DNA of 64,000 bases from an uncultured Pelagibacteraceae bacterium. Lineage in GTDB: Bacteria > Pseudomonadota > Alphaproteobacteria > Pelagibacterales > Pelagibacteraceae. Shown piece by piece: positions 22,036-30,940 of this stretch; within the stretch, counting starts at the first letter, position 1; each line of letters starts with the position of its first letter. Made by a program: the position numbers and the translations under genes. The notes beneath the pieces are model-generated. The model searched no databases, was not told the origin of the DNA, and saw only the letters and a list, made by a program, of their open reading frames with translations. The stretch lies in NCBI GenBank assembly GCA_902599605.1, contig CACKFV010000004.1, positions 152 through 64,151 on the forward strand, in the 5' to 3' direction.

Positions 22036-22495
22036 TTTTTTCTCTATACAGTTTAGCAAATTCTTTTAAAGAATTTTCAATTTTTTTATTTTTAATTCCT
22101 CCTAAATTAATTTTGGAATTACTTTTTTTAAGATTTTTTGGTTTTTCATCTTTCCTGTCAAAGGTATACACTTTTAATGTTGAAATTAAATCATATCCAA
22201 AAAAAGAATTAATCTTATCTATTATATTTTTTTTTGAATACTCTAGTTCGACTTCGTGACCTCTTTTAACCATTACTTCCAATACAGATTTTCTAAATTT
22301 ATTAGAACTCAAATATTTTTTTGGATAACTTAAAGAAAATAGCTCATCACCAACAAACATTCTCCAATTTTCTATAAGTTCAGAATAAACCTCTCCTTTT
22401 TGTTTCAATAATTTTTTTACTTTTGTGGGTAAAGTATCTTTAAAGGATCTTAACCCTTGAATGACTTTAGATCTCTGATTAGAATTAAAATTCAT
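22028..22495 (-). CDS. DUF721/DciA family protein
   Basis: W...VG..L, LEVMV, IIDKINSFFGY pattern; mutY-DUF721-dsbA-smc synteny. Confidence 0.75.
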   Translation of the reverse strand: MNFNSNQRSKVIQGLRSFKDTLPTKVKKLLKQKGEVYSELIENWRMFVGDELFSLSYPKKYLSSNKFRKSVLEVMVKRGHEVELEYSKKNIIDKINSFFGYDLISTLKVYTFDRKDEKPKNLKKSNSKINLGGIKNKKIENSLKEFAKLYREKND

Positions 22496-23483
22496 GATTA
22501 AATCAATTATATCAAAAAAAATTTTATTTTGGTACGATAATAATAAGAGAATTCTCCCATGGAGAAAAAATACTTCTAAGGAACAAAAACTTTATTTCAC
22601 GTTTGTTAGTGAGTTTATGTTGCAACAAACTCAAGTGTCAACTGTTATTCCTTATTTCAAAAGATTTGTGCAAAAAATTCCAAATTTTAAAAAGTTGTCC
22701 AAAACAAATGACCAAACACTAATGAAGTTGTGGGAAGGACTGGGCTACTATTCTAGAGCAAGAAATTTAAAAAAATCTGCAATAATGATTAATGGTAAAT
22801 TTGGTGGAATTTTACCATCTAATTTTGAGGATTTAAAATCTTTGCCTGGAGTCGGTGATTATACGTCTACTGCAATAATGGCTATTGCTTTCAATCAAAA
22901 ATTTATTCCTTTGGATGGAAATGTTGAAAGAATTCTTAAAAGAGTTTTATTTCTTAGAAGCGATGAGGATATATCAAAAGAAAATATGCAAATTTCAAAA
23001 AAATTTTTTGGTTTATCAGAAAGAGCAAGTGATTATGCTCAAGCTTTAATGGAATTAGGTGCTTTAGTATGCAGGCCCACCTCTCCATTATGCTACAAGT
23101 GTCCAATAAGAATAAATTGTATTTCATATAAACGAAAAGATTTTACTTTAATAAAAAAAACAAAAAAAAATAAGATCAAATATTTTGAGGCAAATATTTA
23201 TATGAATGAAAATAAAATGTTATTAGTTAGAAATAATAAATTTAGCTTTCTCAAAAATTTATTAATCTTTCCGATGAACGAAATAGATAAGTCAAAATTT
23301 AACTCTTCACCAAAAGTAAAAACAAAAATTAAGATATCTAATATAGATATGAATATTGTAATTAACAAAAATAAAATTAAATCAACAAATAAAGGCGTAA
23401 TTTTAAACCGAAAAAAAATAGTAAGTGAAGTAATACCATCTTTTACAAAAAAATTATTTAGAGTAGCCTCAAGTAATGTATGA
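22494..23483 (+). CDS. mutY: A/G-specific adenine glycosylase MutY
   Basis: LPWR, SEFMLQQTQV, WEGLGYYSRARN, HhH LPGVGDYT, DGNV, Fe-S motif C-x6-C-x2-C-x5-C. Confidence 0.96.
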   Translation: MIKSIISKKILFWYDNNKRILPWRKNTSKEQKLYFTFVSEFMLQQTQVSTVIPYFKRFVQKIPNFKKLSKTNDQTLMKLWEGLGYYSRARNLKKSAIMINGKFGGILPSNFEDLKSLPGVGDYTSTAIMAIAFNQKFIPLDGNVERILKRVLFLRSDEDISKENMQISKKFFGLSERASDYAQALMELGALVCRPTSPLCYKCPIRINCISYKRKDFTLIKKTKKNKIKYFEANIYMNENKMLLVRNNKFSFLKNLLIFPMNEIDKSKFNSSPKVKTKIKISNIDMNIVINKNKIKSTNKGVILNRKKIVSEVIPSFTKKLFRVASSNV

Positions 23484-24622
23484 AAAAAATTGGAATTATT
23501 GGAGCAGGGATATCAGGATTATACATAGCTAATCTTTTTAAAAAAAACCCTAAATATCAAGTATCAATTTTTGATAAAAAAAACTCTCTTAATCTAGATG
23601 AGGGGTACGGTGTACAATTATCTACAAACAGTGTCAAACTTTTAAATGAAATTGGATTTAACAAATTAGAAAAAAACGAAAAATTTAATCCAGAAAAAAT
23701 AAATTTTTATTCAAAAAAAGATGAAGATAAAATATGTGAACTAGATATATCTGAATTTAACTCAAATGATTGCAAATATACTACTTTGAAAAGATCTACT
23801 TTGATCAATTTTCTAAAAAAAGATTTAGAGGATTTGATCAAAACAAATTATAGTGTATCGAAAATTGATCAAGAGCAAGAAAAAATAAAACTTACTTTTG
23901 AAAATAAAGAAACTCACGAATTTGATTATCTAATTATTTCTGAAGGGGTTTTTTCAAAAAGTAGAAATCTTGTTTCAAATAAACAAGTTCAACCAAAATA
24001 TAATAATACTTTAGCTATAAGGGGAACGATACCGGTAAATTCAAATATAATTGATAAAAAGAATATTTTGTTATTTTTGGGCTCTGATTTTCATCATGTA
24101 ATTTATCCTATTTCTCCAGGTGGAGATTTAAACTTAATAGCTATAATGAAATATAAACTTTCAGCAGACGAACAGAAAAATTACTCATTGTTTAATGATA
24201 AATTATTTATACAAAAAATTTTGGAAAATATTCCTCAAGAGAACAAAGAATTTTTTAATAATCTTAAAGAATTAAAAATATTTCCTGTGTTTGTTAGTGA
24301 TAATTTTTTTGAAGTAAAAAATAAGAACATTTATTTAATAGGAGATGCTTTTTTTGCTTTTCCACCATCATTTGCTCAAGGCGCATCTCAGTCCATAGAG
24401 GGCGCACATGAACTATTCGCTAGTATAGAAAATAATTCCAACGCTAACTTTTTTAAAAATAGGGTTAATAAAACAAAAATGGTAAATAATAGATCAAAAT
24501 TGAATCAGTTTGCTTTTCATCTATCAAATCCTTTAACTGTATATCTTAGAAATATTTTTTTAAAAAAATTAGTTAAAAATAAAAAGTTTTTAGAAAATTA
24601 TTTAGGAAAAATTTATAGGTAA
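23480..24622 (+). CDS. FAD-dependent monooxygenase (class A, salicylate hydroxylase-like), substrate unknown
   Basis: IGAGISG, EGYGVQL, IGDA...P..AQGASQSIE. Confidence 0.8.
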   Translation: MKKIGIIGAGISGLYIANLFKKNPKYQVSIFDKKNSLNLDEGYGVQLSTNSVKLLNEIGFNKLEKNEKFNPEKINFYSKKDEDKICELDISEFNSNDCKYTTLKRSTLINFLKKDLEDLIKTNYSVSKIDQEQEKIKLTFENKETHEFDYLIISEGVFSKSRNLVSNKQVQPKYNNTLAIRGTIPVNSNIIDKKNILLFLGSDFHHVIYPISPGGDLNLIAIMKYKLSADEQKNYSLFNDKLFIQKILENIPQENKEFFNNLKELKIFPVFVSDNFFEVKNKNIYLIGDAFFAFPPSFAQGASQSIEGAHELFASIENNSNANFFKNRVNKTKMVNNRSKLNQFAFHLSNPLTVYLRNIFLKKLVKNKKFLENYLGKIYR

Positions 24623-25692
24623 CTTTTTGACAAGAATTTTTGTCTTAAATTATCTATTGGCACGAAAGTATTCCCTAATTCGCAATGCCAATAGGTCCAT
24701 CCATTACAACTTTCAGCTCCTAAAATTGTAGCTGCAACCTTATGAATTGAACCTTCAGTTTGAGCATGTTTGATACTCCCATCAACCATAATTTTTGCGC
24801 TGATTTTCTTTTTATTGTCAAAAATAATAGTGCCAGGCTTAATTATTCCCAATTCAACCAGTGAACCAAAAGGTATTCTTGGTTTGGATTTATTGTTTTT
24901 AAGTGTATCTAAAAAATGATCTTCTATTGGTTTTGTATTTTTCAATCTTTGTTCGGCAGCTTTGAAATAGGATTTTTCTTTTTCTATACCGTAATAATTT
25001 CTACTCAATTTTTTTGCAACCGTTGCAGTTGTGCCTGATCCCAAAAATGGATCAAGAATTAAATCATCTTTATTTGAAGTTGCTAATAAAATTCTATGAA
25101 GTAAAGCTTCTGGTTTTTGTGTAGAATGAACCTTCTTTCCATTTTTTTTTAAACGTTCTGTTCCATTGCAAATGGGCAAATCCCAATTAGATCTCATTTG
25201 TAAATCATCATTTAAACATTTTAATGATTGATAATTAAAAGTATATTTTGAATTCTCTGATTTTGAAGCCCAAATTAAAGTTTCATGAGCATTAGTAAAT
25301 CTTGTCCCTCTAAAATTTGGCATTGGATTTTTTTTGTTCCAAATTACATCATTTAAAATCCAAAACCCTAAATTTTGAATAGCTGTACCAACTCTAAATA
25401 TATTATGATAACTTCCTATAACCCAGATTGCTCCATTCTTTTTTAAAATTCTTTTACACTCGCTTAACCACGTATATGTGAATTCGTCATATTTCTTAAA
25501 ACTTTCAAATTGATCCCATTTATCATTTACTGCATTAACTTTTGATCTATCTGGTCTAGTTAGTTTATTTTTTAGTTGAAGGTTGTAAGGCGGATCTGCA
25601 AAAACTAAATCGAAAGTCTCATCTGGAATTTTTTTCAATTCTTTAAGACTGTCTCCGTTAATAATTTTGTTTTTTATATCTAACTCTCTCAT
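24613..25692 (-). CDS. ccrM: Cell-cycle-regulated beta-class N6-adenine DNA methyltransferase CcrM (GANTC)
   Basis: FADPPYNLQL, GSYHNIFRVG, NPMPNFRG.RFTNAHETLIW, HSTQKPE, DPFLGSGT, C-terminal SIH...NGWTYW domain; adjacent to rnhB; no restriction partner nearby. Confidence 0.93.
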   Translation of the reverse strand: MRELDIKNKIINGDSLKELKKIPDETFDLVFADPPYNLQLKNKLTRPDRSKVNAVNDKWDQFESFKKYDEFTYTWLSECKRILKKNGAIWVIGSYHNIFRVGTAIQNLGFWILNDVIWNKKNPMPNFRGTRFTNAHETLIWASKSENSKYTFNYQSLKCLNDDLQMRSNWDLPICNGTERLKKNGKKVHSTQKPEALLHRILLATSNKDDLILDPFLGSGTTATVAKKLSRNYYGIEKEKSYFKAAEQRLKNTKPIEDHFLDTLKNNKSKPRIPFGSLVELGIIKPGTIIFDNKKKISAKIMVDGSIKHAQTEGSIHKVAATILGAESCNGWTYWHCELGNTFVPIDNLRQKFLSKSYL

Positions 25693-25707
25693 TTTAAAAG
25701 AAACAAT

Positions 25708-25728
25708 TAGACTCTAGGTCGGAGTCCA
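25708..25728. promoter_or_regulatory. Inverted repeat formed by two GANTC sites in the ccrM leader
   Basis: taGACTCtaggtcgGAGTCca, with GACTC at 25710-25714 and GAGTC at 25722-25726, 18-34 nt upstream of the ccrM ATG. A third GACTC lies at 25781-25785. Confidence 0.7.
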
Positions 25729-25772
25729 GGTCAACTCATGATTGAATTAATTTTGATTAATTGTGCCTTCGA

Positions 25773-26357
25773 TTATTTGGGACTCAACATATTGTGTATT
25801 GGTTTGAATGTTTTTCTATGATGTTTTGTAATTCCAAATTTTTTAATTGCTGAAAGATGATCTTTAGTCCCATAGCCAACATTTTTATCCCACAAATAGG
25901 CTTTAAATTTTTTTGACATCTTTCTAATCAATCGGTCTCTTGAGACTTTTGCTAGAATAGACGCTGCAGAAATTTCAGGAATTTTCTTGTCACCTCTAAC
26001 AACTGATTTTATATTTAATTTATTAATATTAGGTTTTTTATTTCCATCAACTTTTACTATTTGTGGTTTGAATTTTAATTTTAAAATTGATCTTTTCATC
26101 GCCAAAAGAGATGCATTTAAAATATTAATTTTTTCAATTTCTTTCTTTGAAGCAGTCCCAATAGCCCAATAAGAATTTTTTTTTATGTAATTTTCCAAAA
26201 ATTCTCTCTTCTTAGGAGATAATTTTTTTGAGTCTTTTACCCTCTTTTTATCAAAACCTTTTTTAAAAACTACTGCCGCTGCATATACAGGTCCAATAAG
26301 ACTACCTCTACCGACCTCATCTACCCCAGCTACACTTTTTTGAGATTTATATTCCAA
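25773..26357 (-). CDS. rnhB: Ribonuclease HII
   Basis: AGVDEVGRG, KDSKKL, VDGN, GD..ISAASILAKV.RD, GYGT..H. Confidence 0.96.
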   Translation of the reverse strand: MEYKSQKSVAGVDEVGRGSLIGPVYAAAVVFKKGFDKKRVKDSKKLSPKKREFLENYIKKNSYWAIGTASKKEIEKINILNASLLAMKRSILKLKFKPQIVKVDGNKKPNINKLNIKSVVRGDKKIPEISAASILAKVSRDRLIRKMSKKFKAYLWDKNVGYGTKDHLSAIKKFGITKHHRKTFKPIHNMLSPK

Positions 26358-27003
26358 TTTTCAATTCCTCAATTTTATTTCTTATTTCTTTTAAATCTGC
26401 CCAAGAAAATTTTTTTTGATCTGGCTGTCTTAACAAATAAGCAGGGTGGAAGGTAACCATAGTTAAATAAGTTTTATTATTAATAATTAGTTCTTTCCAA
26501 AATCCTCTTGATTTAGAAATTTTTTCCTTATTTCCGAAAAAAGCCTCCATAGCAGTGCTTCCCAATAATATTATTAACTTGGGGTTTATAATTGAAATAT
26601 GTTTTTTTATAAAAGGAGCATAAGTATTAATCTCAACTTCATTAGGTTTTCTATTTTCAGGTGGTCTGTAATTTACTATATTTGTTACATAAACTTTATT
26701 TCGTTTAATATTTATTGCAGCTAACATTTTATTCAAAAGTAAGCCTGCGTCGCCCACAAAAGGTTTTCCCTGTTCATCTTCTTTTTGACCAGGGCCTTCA
26801 CCTATCAACATAATACTACTGTCATGATCACCATCAGCAAAAACTAAATTGTTTGAATTATTTTTTAGAGTGCAATTTTCAATATTAGAGATTTCGTCCT
26901 TAAGTTTTTTAAGTAAATCCTCCTTTTTTTCGATTTCAACAAATCTTTTAATAGGAGCATTTGAAAAGTCAAAAGTAGATTTGATAAAGTCGAATTTTTG
27001 CAT
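26347..27003 (-). CDS. Uracil-DNA glycosylase family 4
   Basis: IGEGPG..ED..G.PFVG.AG, TN...RPP.NR.P, TFHPAYLLR. Confidence 0.92.
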   Translation of the reverse strand: MQKFDFIKSTFDFSNAPIKRFVEIEKKEDLLKKLKDEISNIENCTLKNNSNNLVFADGDHDSSIMLIGEGPGQKEDEQGKPFVGDAGLLLNKMLAAINIKRNKVYVTNIVNYRPPENRKPNEVEINTYAPFIKKHISIINPKLIILLGSTAMEAFFGNKEKISKSRGFWKELIINNKTYLTMVTFHPAYLLRQPDQKKFSWADLKEIRNKIEELKIGI

Positions 27004-27045
27004 TTTATTTCTTTTATTTAAAAAAAAAAATCATATTCTTTAAGT

Positions 27046-28719
27046 ATGAAAAAAATTTGTTTTTTTTTAATAATTTTTTTATATCAAACTTTTTCCTACG
27101 CTAAAACAACTGAAAATATTGAATTCAACCACAAGTATTTATCAAATTATTTTTCAGCAATAATATCCATTAACAATCAAGACGATAAAGATTCGTTAAA
27201 ATATTTAAATAATACGAAAAGTCTTATTAAAACTCATGAGAGTTATTTGGAAAACTATCTTATCTCATTAGTTCTAAACAATAAAATTGATATCGCTTTT
27301 AATAAAGCTATTCAATTAAAAGCTAACGAAACAAATTTTTTTGAGGCAAAAGTACTGTTAGCTCTAAATTCGATAAACAAAAAAGATTTTTCAAATGCGA
27401 TGTTAACCTTGGAGAAAATGGATGAAGTTCCGCTTGATACTCTTGAGCTTATCATCAAAGAGACATTAAAAAACTATCTAGATACAATCATATTTAAAAA
27501 GATGGACAAAAACGAAGATGTCCAGTTCGGTGAAATAGATAAAATAAAAAAGATTTTTCAGTCTTGTTACTTAGGCAAAGAGAACACAGATCTTTTATTT
27601 GAAGAGCTTGTAATTAAAGATACTGAGGATTTTTCAAGGTATATTTTTTTCTACATTAATTATTTAGCTCAAATCAAAGATTTTAATAAAATAAACGAGT
27701 TACAGAATAAGATTGATTATACGAGTAGCAGCATTTTAATTGCTCAAGCAAAACAGTGGATTGAAAATAAAAGATTTGACAAAATTACTTCAGCGTTCTC
27801 ATGTAAAAATGAACATCATATTATATCTGAGTTCTTGTTTTTGATTTCTAACTTATATTCTTCACAAGAACTTTATAAAAAGTCAAATTTTTATATTCAT
27901 TTATCAAATTATCTAAATCCTGAATTTAATTTTAATAATAGTTTATTAGCTGAAAATTATATACGTAATAAAAAATTCGATTTAGCTTTAAAATCATTAA
28001 ATTTTATTTCAGAGGAAGATCTTATTTTTAGTTGGTATAAAAATAAAAAAAAATCTTCAATTATCAAAAAACAGGGAAATGAAACAGCAGCACTCAATTT
28101 TTTAGAAAAAAAATTTGATGGATTAAAAACTAATAATATAAAAATTTTGTATGACATGGGTGGAATTTACAAAAGTTTTGAAAAATATGACGAGGCGATA
28201 AAGATTTACTCTAAATTATTAAACTTGTTAGACAACGGATCAAAAGCTTATGCTGATATTTTATACAGGCGGGGAGGCAGCTTTGAAAGAATTGGAGATT
28301 ACGAAACTGCTGACAAAGATTTGTTAGAGTCTTTAAATATTACTCGAGAAAATCCTTACGTATTAAATTACCTTGCATATAGTTGGTTAGAGAGAAACTA
28401 TAAAATTGAACTTTCAATGGAAATGTTAAAAGAAGCATATGATTTAAGAAAGAACGATCCTTATATAACCGACTCTTTGGGATGGGGATATTATTTAATA
28501 AACGATTTTGAGAATGCAGAAAAATATTTGAAGAAAGCTGTAGAATTAATGCCATATGATCCGATAGTGAATGATCATTACGGGGACATACTTTGGATGT
28601 TAAATAGAAAAATACAAGCAAGATATTTTTGGAACAATGTATTAAATTTAGAAGAAACGGACGATGAAATGAAAATTGATGTTAAAAAAAAGATTATTTA
28701 TGGTATAGAAAAAATCTAA
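27046..28719 (+). CDS. Exported tetratricopeptide repeat protein
   Basis: N-terminal signal peptide; TPR-like C terminus (VLNYLAYSW, YITDSLGWGYY, NDHYGDILW); upstream of ispE. Confidence 0.85.
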   Translation: MKKICFFLIIFLYQTFSYAKTTENIEFNHKYLSNYFSAIISINNQDDKDSLKYLNNTKSLIKTHESYLENYLISLVLNNKIDIAFNKAIQLKANETNFFEAKVLLALNSINKKDFSNAMLTLEKMDEVPLDTLELIIKETLKNYLDTIIFKKMDKNEDVQFGEIDKIKKIFQSCYLGKENTDLLFEELVIKDTEDFSRYIFFYINYLAQIKDFNKINELQNKIDYTSSSILIAQAKQWIENKRFDKITSAFSCKNEHHIISEFLFLISNLYSSQELYKKSNFYIHLSNYLNPEFNFNNSLLAENYIRNKKFDLALKSLNFISEEDLIFSWYKNKKKSSIIKKQGNETAALNFLEKKFDGLKTNNIKILYDMGGIYKSFEKYDEAIKIYSKLLNLLDNGSKAYADILYRRGGSFERIGDYETADKDLLESLNITRENPYVLNYLAYSWLERNYKIELSMEMLKEAYDLRKNDPYITDSLGWGYYLINDFENAEKYLKKAVELMPYDPIVNDHYGDILWMLNRKIQARYFWNNVLNLEETDDEMKIDVKKKIIYGIEKI

Positions 28720-28726
28720 ATTTTAC

Positions 28727-29557
28727 ATGCACAGAAAAGTAATAAAGTCTTTTGCAAAAATTAATCTTTTTTTAAACGTAGTTTCAAAAAAAAAAAAATT
28801 TCATAGAATTCAATCTCTTTTTAGCTTTATTGACCTACATGATAGAATAGAAATATCGACAATTAATCGTAAAAAACATTTTATAAAATTTGATGGAAAA
28901 TTCTCTAAAGGAATAAGTAAAAAAAATTCTATTTCTACTTTACTTAAAATTTTGGACCAGAAAGGATTAATTAAAAAAAAATATTATATAAAAGTGACCA
29001 AAAATATTCCTCAAAAGTCAGGTATGGGAGGGGGCTCCATGAATGCTGCCTCAATTCTAAATTTTTTTTTAAAAAGAAAAATTGTAATTTTAAATAAAAA
29101 AAGAATTTTAGAGGTTTGTGAGATGGTTGGTAAAGATGTAAAAATTGGGTTATATAAGGGTCCAATTTTTTTGAACTCAAACAATTCAATTCAATCATTA
29201 AAAAAAGGATTGAGTTATCATTTGCTTATTTTTAAACCAAAAATTGGATGTTCTACAAAACATATTTTTTCAAAATTTAAAAATTTTTCAAAGAAAATAC
29301 CTTCAAATAAAAAAAATTTGCTTAAATTCAATAATAAAAAGAATGATTTGGAGCCAATTGTATTAAAAAAATTTAGAAATATTAGCAAACCACTATTTTT
29401 TTTGAAAAGCTTAGAAGGGATAGAATTTGTAAGAATGACAGGATCTGGTTCTAGCTTTGTTGCCTATTGTAAGTCTAAAAAAAACTTACTAAATGCGTCT
29501 AAATTATTCACCAATAAATACAAAAAATATTGGTCTGTAATGTCTAAAACTATATAA
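28727..29557 (+). CDS. ispE: 4-diphosphocytidyl-2-C-methyl-D-erythritol kinase
   Basis: AKINLFL, KNIP..SGMGGGS, NDLE, MTGSGS. Confidence 0.92.
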   Translation: MHRKVIKSFAKINLFLNVVSKKKKFHRIQSLFSFIDLHDRIEISTINRKKHFIKFDGKFSKGISKKNSISTLLKILDQKGLIKKKYYIKVTKNIPQKSGMGGGSMNAASILNFFLKRKIVILNKKRILEVCEMVGKDVKIGLYKGPIFLNSNNSIQSLKKGLSYHLLIFKPKIGCSTKHIFSKFKNFSKKIPSNKKNLLKFNNKKNDLEPIVLKKFRNISKPLFFLKSLEGIEFVRMTGSGSSFVAYCKSKKNLLNASKLFTNKYKKYWSVMSKTI

Positions 29558-29590
29558 TTTTCGATTAGTTGTGTTATAAGAATTTAATTT

Positions 29591-29665
29591 TGGGGCGTAG
29601 CCAAGTGGTAAGGCAGCGGTTTTTGGTACCGCCATTCCTAGGTTCGAATCCTAGCGCCCCAGCCA
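29591..29665 (+). tRNA. tRNA-Gln (anticodon TTG), CCA encoded
   Basis: Acceptor stem TGGGGCG/CGCCCCA, D-arm AGCCAAGTGGTAAGGC, anticodon arm GCGGT-TTTTGGT-ACCGC, T-arm CTAGG-TTCGAAT-CCTAG, 3' GCCA. Confidence 0.97.
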
Positions 29666-29668
29666 GTT

Positions 29669-30940
29669 ATGTTTAAATTAATTAATAACTTTTTTAACTA
29701 CAGTAAAAACGATTTATTTAAAAAGAATACATTGGATATTCAGAAAAATTTTCCAGTAAAAAAAATATTTGATGCAATTAAGTCTTTTTCAGATGAAAGT
29801 GATGTTTATTATGTAGGAGGATGTGTTAGAAAGATTTTTTGCCATGAGCTTGTGGATGATGTTGATTTGGCAACAAACATAAATCCTGACGAAGTTATAC
29901 TATCGTTAAAGAAAAATAATATTTCCTTTTATGAAACTGGAAAAAATCATGGTACAATAACTGCAATTATTGAAGACAAAAAATTTGAGATTACATCTTT
30001 AAGGAAGGACATATCTACCGATGGAAGGCACGCGAAAGTATTATTTTCAAAAGATTGGAGAGAAGATGCGGAGAGAAGGGACTTTACCTTTAACTCAATA
30101 TACTCGAATATTTATGGTGAGGTGTTTGATCCCTTTAATGGAAGAAAAGATTTAGAAAATGGTTGTGTCACGTTTATTGGAGATCCGTCAAAACGCATCA
30201 AAGAAGATTACCTTAGAATACTCAGATACATAAGATTTTTCTTAAACTATTCAAAAAAAGATCACGAGCCAAAAATAAAAAAAATTATCAAACAAAATTT
30301 AGATGGCTTGCTTAAAATCTCGAAAGAAAGATTAATAGATGAATTAAAAAAGATCATTTTTTCCAAAGGGTTCATAAATCTAAAAAAGGACGATTTTTCA
30401 AAAGAAATTCTTGAACTTGTTTTCCCAAGTTTAAACAATACTTCATTTTTAACTGATAAAAACAAACTTCTTATTGAGGATATACAATTAAACAAGAATT
30501 TCATTGTATTGTTAAGTGCTATGATGATCAAAGATTTAAATAGTATTAATTATATAATCTATAAGTTCAACTTTTCTAACCAAGATAAACAGAGACTTCT
30601 TTATATTCACGATAATTATCAAATGAGTTTAGAGAAAAGTTTTTTTGATAGAGAGTTGAAAAAAAGAATATATTTTGGAGAAAAAGATAGCCTTTTAGAT
30701 CTTATAACTTTGCAATTATTAATTTTTCATAAAAATGAGAAAACACTCAATGATCTGATTAAAATTACTAAAAAAACTGATTCACCAAAATTTCCCTATA
30801 ATGCCGATTTTTTGATTAAAAATTTTGATTATAAACCTGGAAAAAAAATGGGGAAAAAACTTAAAGAACTAGAGACACTTTGGGTTAATAATGATTTTAA
30901 AATCTCTAAAGAAGAAATTAAGAAAATTGTTCTTAATTAA
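29669..30940 (+). CDS. cca: CCA tRNA nucleotidyltransferase (class II)
   Basis: [47 protein letters not shown]. Confidence 0.92.
   Translation: MFKLINNFFNYSKNDLFKKNTLDIQKNFPVKKIFDAIKSFSDESDVYYVGGCVRKIFCHELVDDVDLATNINPDEVILSLKKNNISFYETGKNHGTITAIIEDKKFEITSLRKDISTDGRHAKVLFSKDWREDAERRDFTFNSIYSNIYGEVFDPFNGRKDLENGCVTFIGDPSKRIKEDYLRILRYIRFFLNYSKKDHEPKIKKIIKQNLDGLLKISKERLIDELKKIIFSKGFINLKKDDFSKEILELVFPSLNNTSFLTDKNKLLIEDIQLNKNFIVLLSAMMIKDLNSINYIIYKFNFSNQDKQRLLYIHDNYQMSLEKSFFDRELKKRIYFGEKDSLLDLITLQLLIFHKNEKTLNDLIKITKKTDSPKFPYNADFLIKNFDYKPGKKMGKKLKELETLWVNNDFKISKEEIKKIVLN

Noticed and set aside
24613-25692. Restriction-modification or defence locus
   Set aside because: The methyltransferase matches solitary CcrM in its usual rnhB context and has no adjacent nuclease.
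25732-25741. 10-mer CAACTCATGA shared by the ccrM and carA upstream regions (also at 58818-58827)
   Set aside because: Only two copies, at different distances from the starts, in front of unrelated genes; compatible with chance.
25747-25760. CtrA box upstream of ccrM
   Set aside because: TTAA-N6-TTAA has the wrong spacing (consensus N7), and TTAA is very frequent in this sequence.
29591-29665. tRNA-Gln as an integration site for an island or prophage
   Set aside because: No integrase, no duplicated tRNA 3' end seen, and housekeeping genes lie on both sides.
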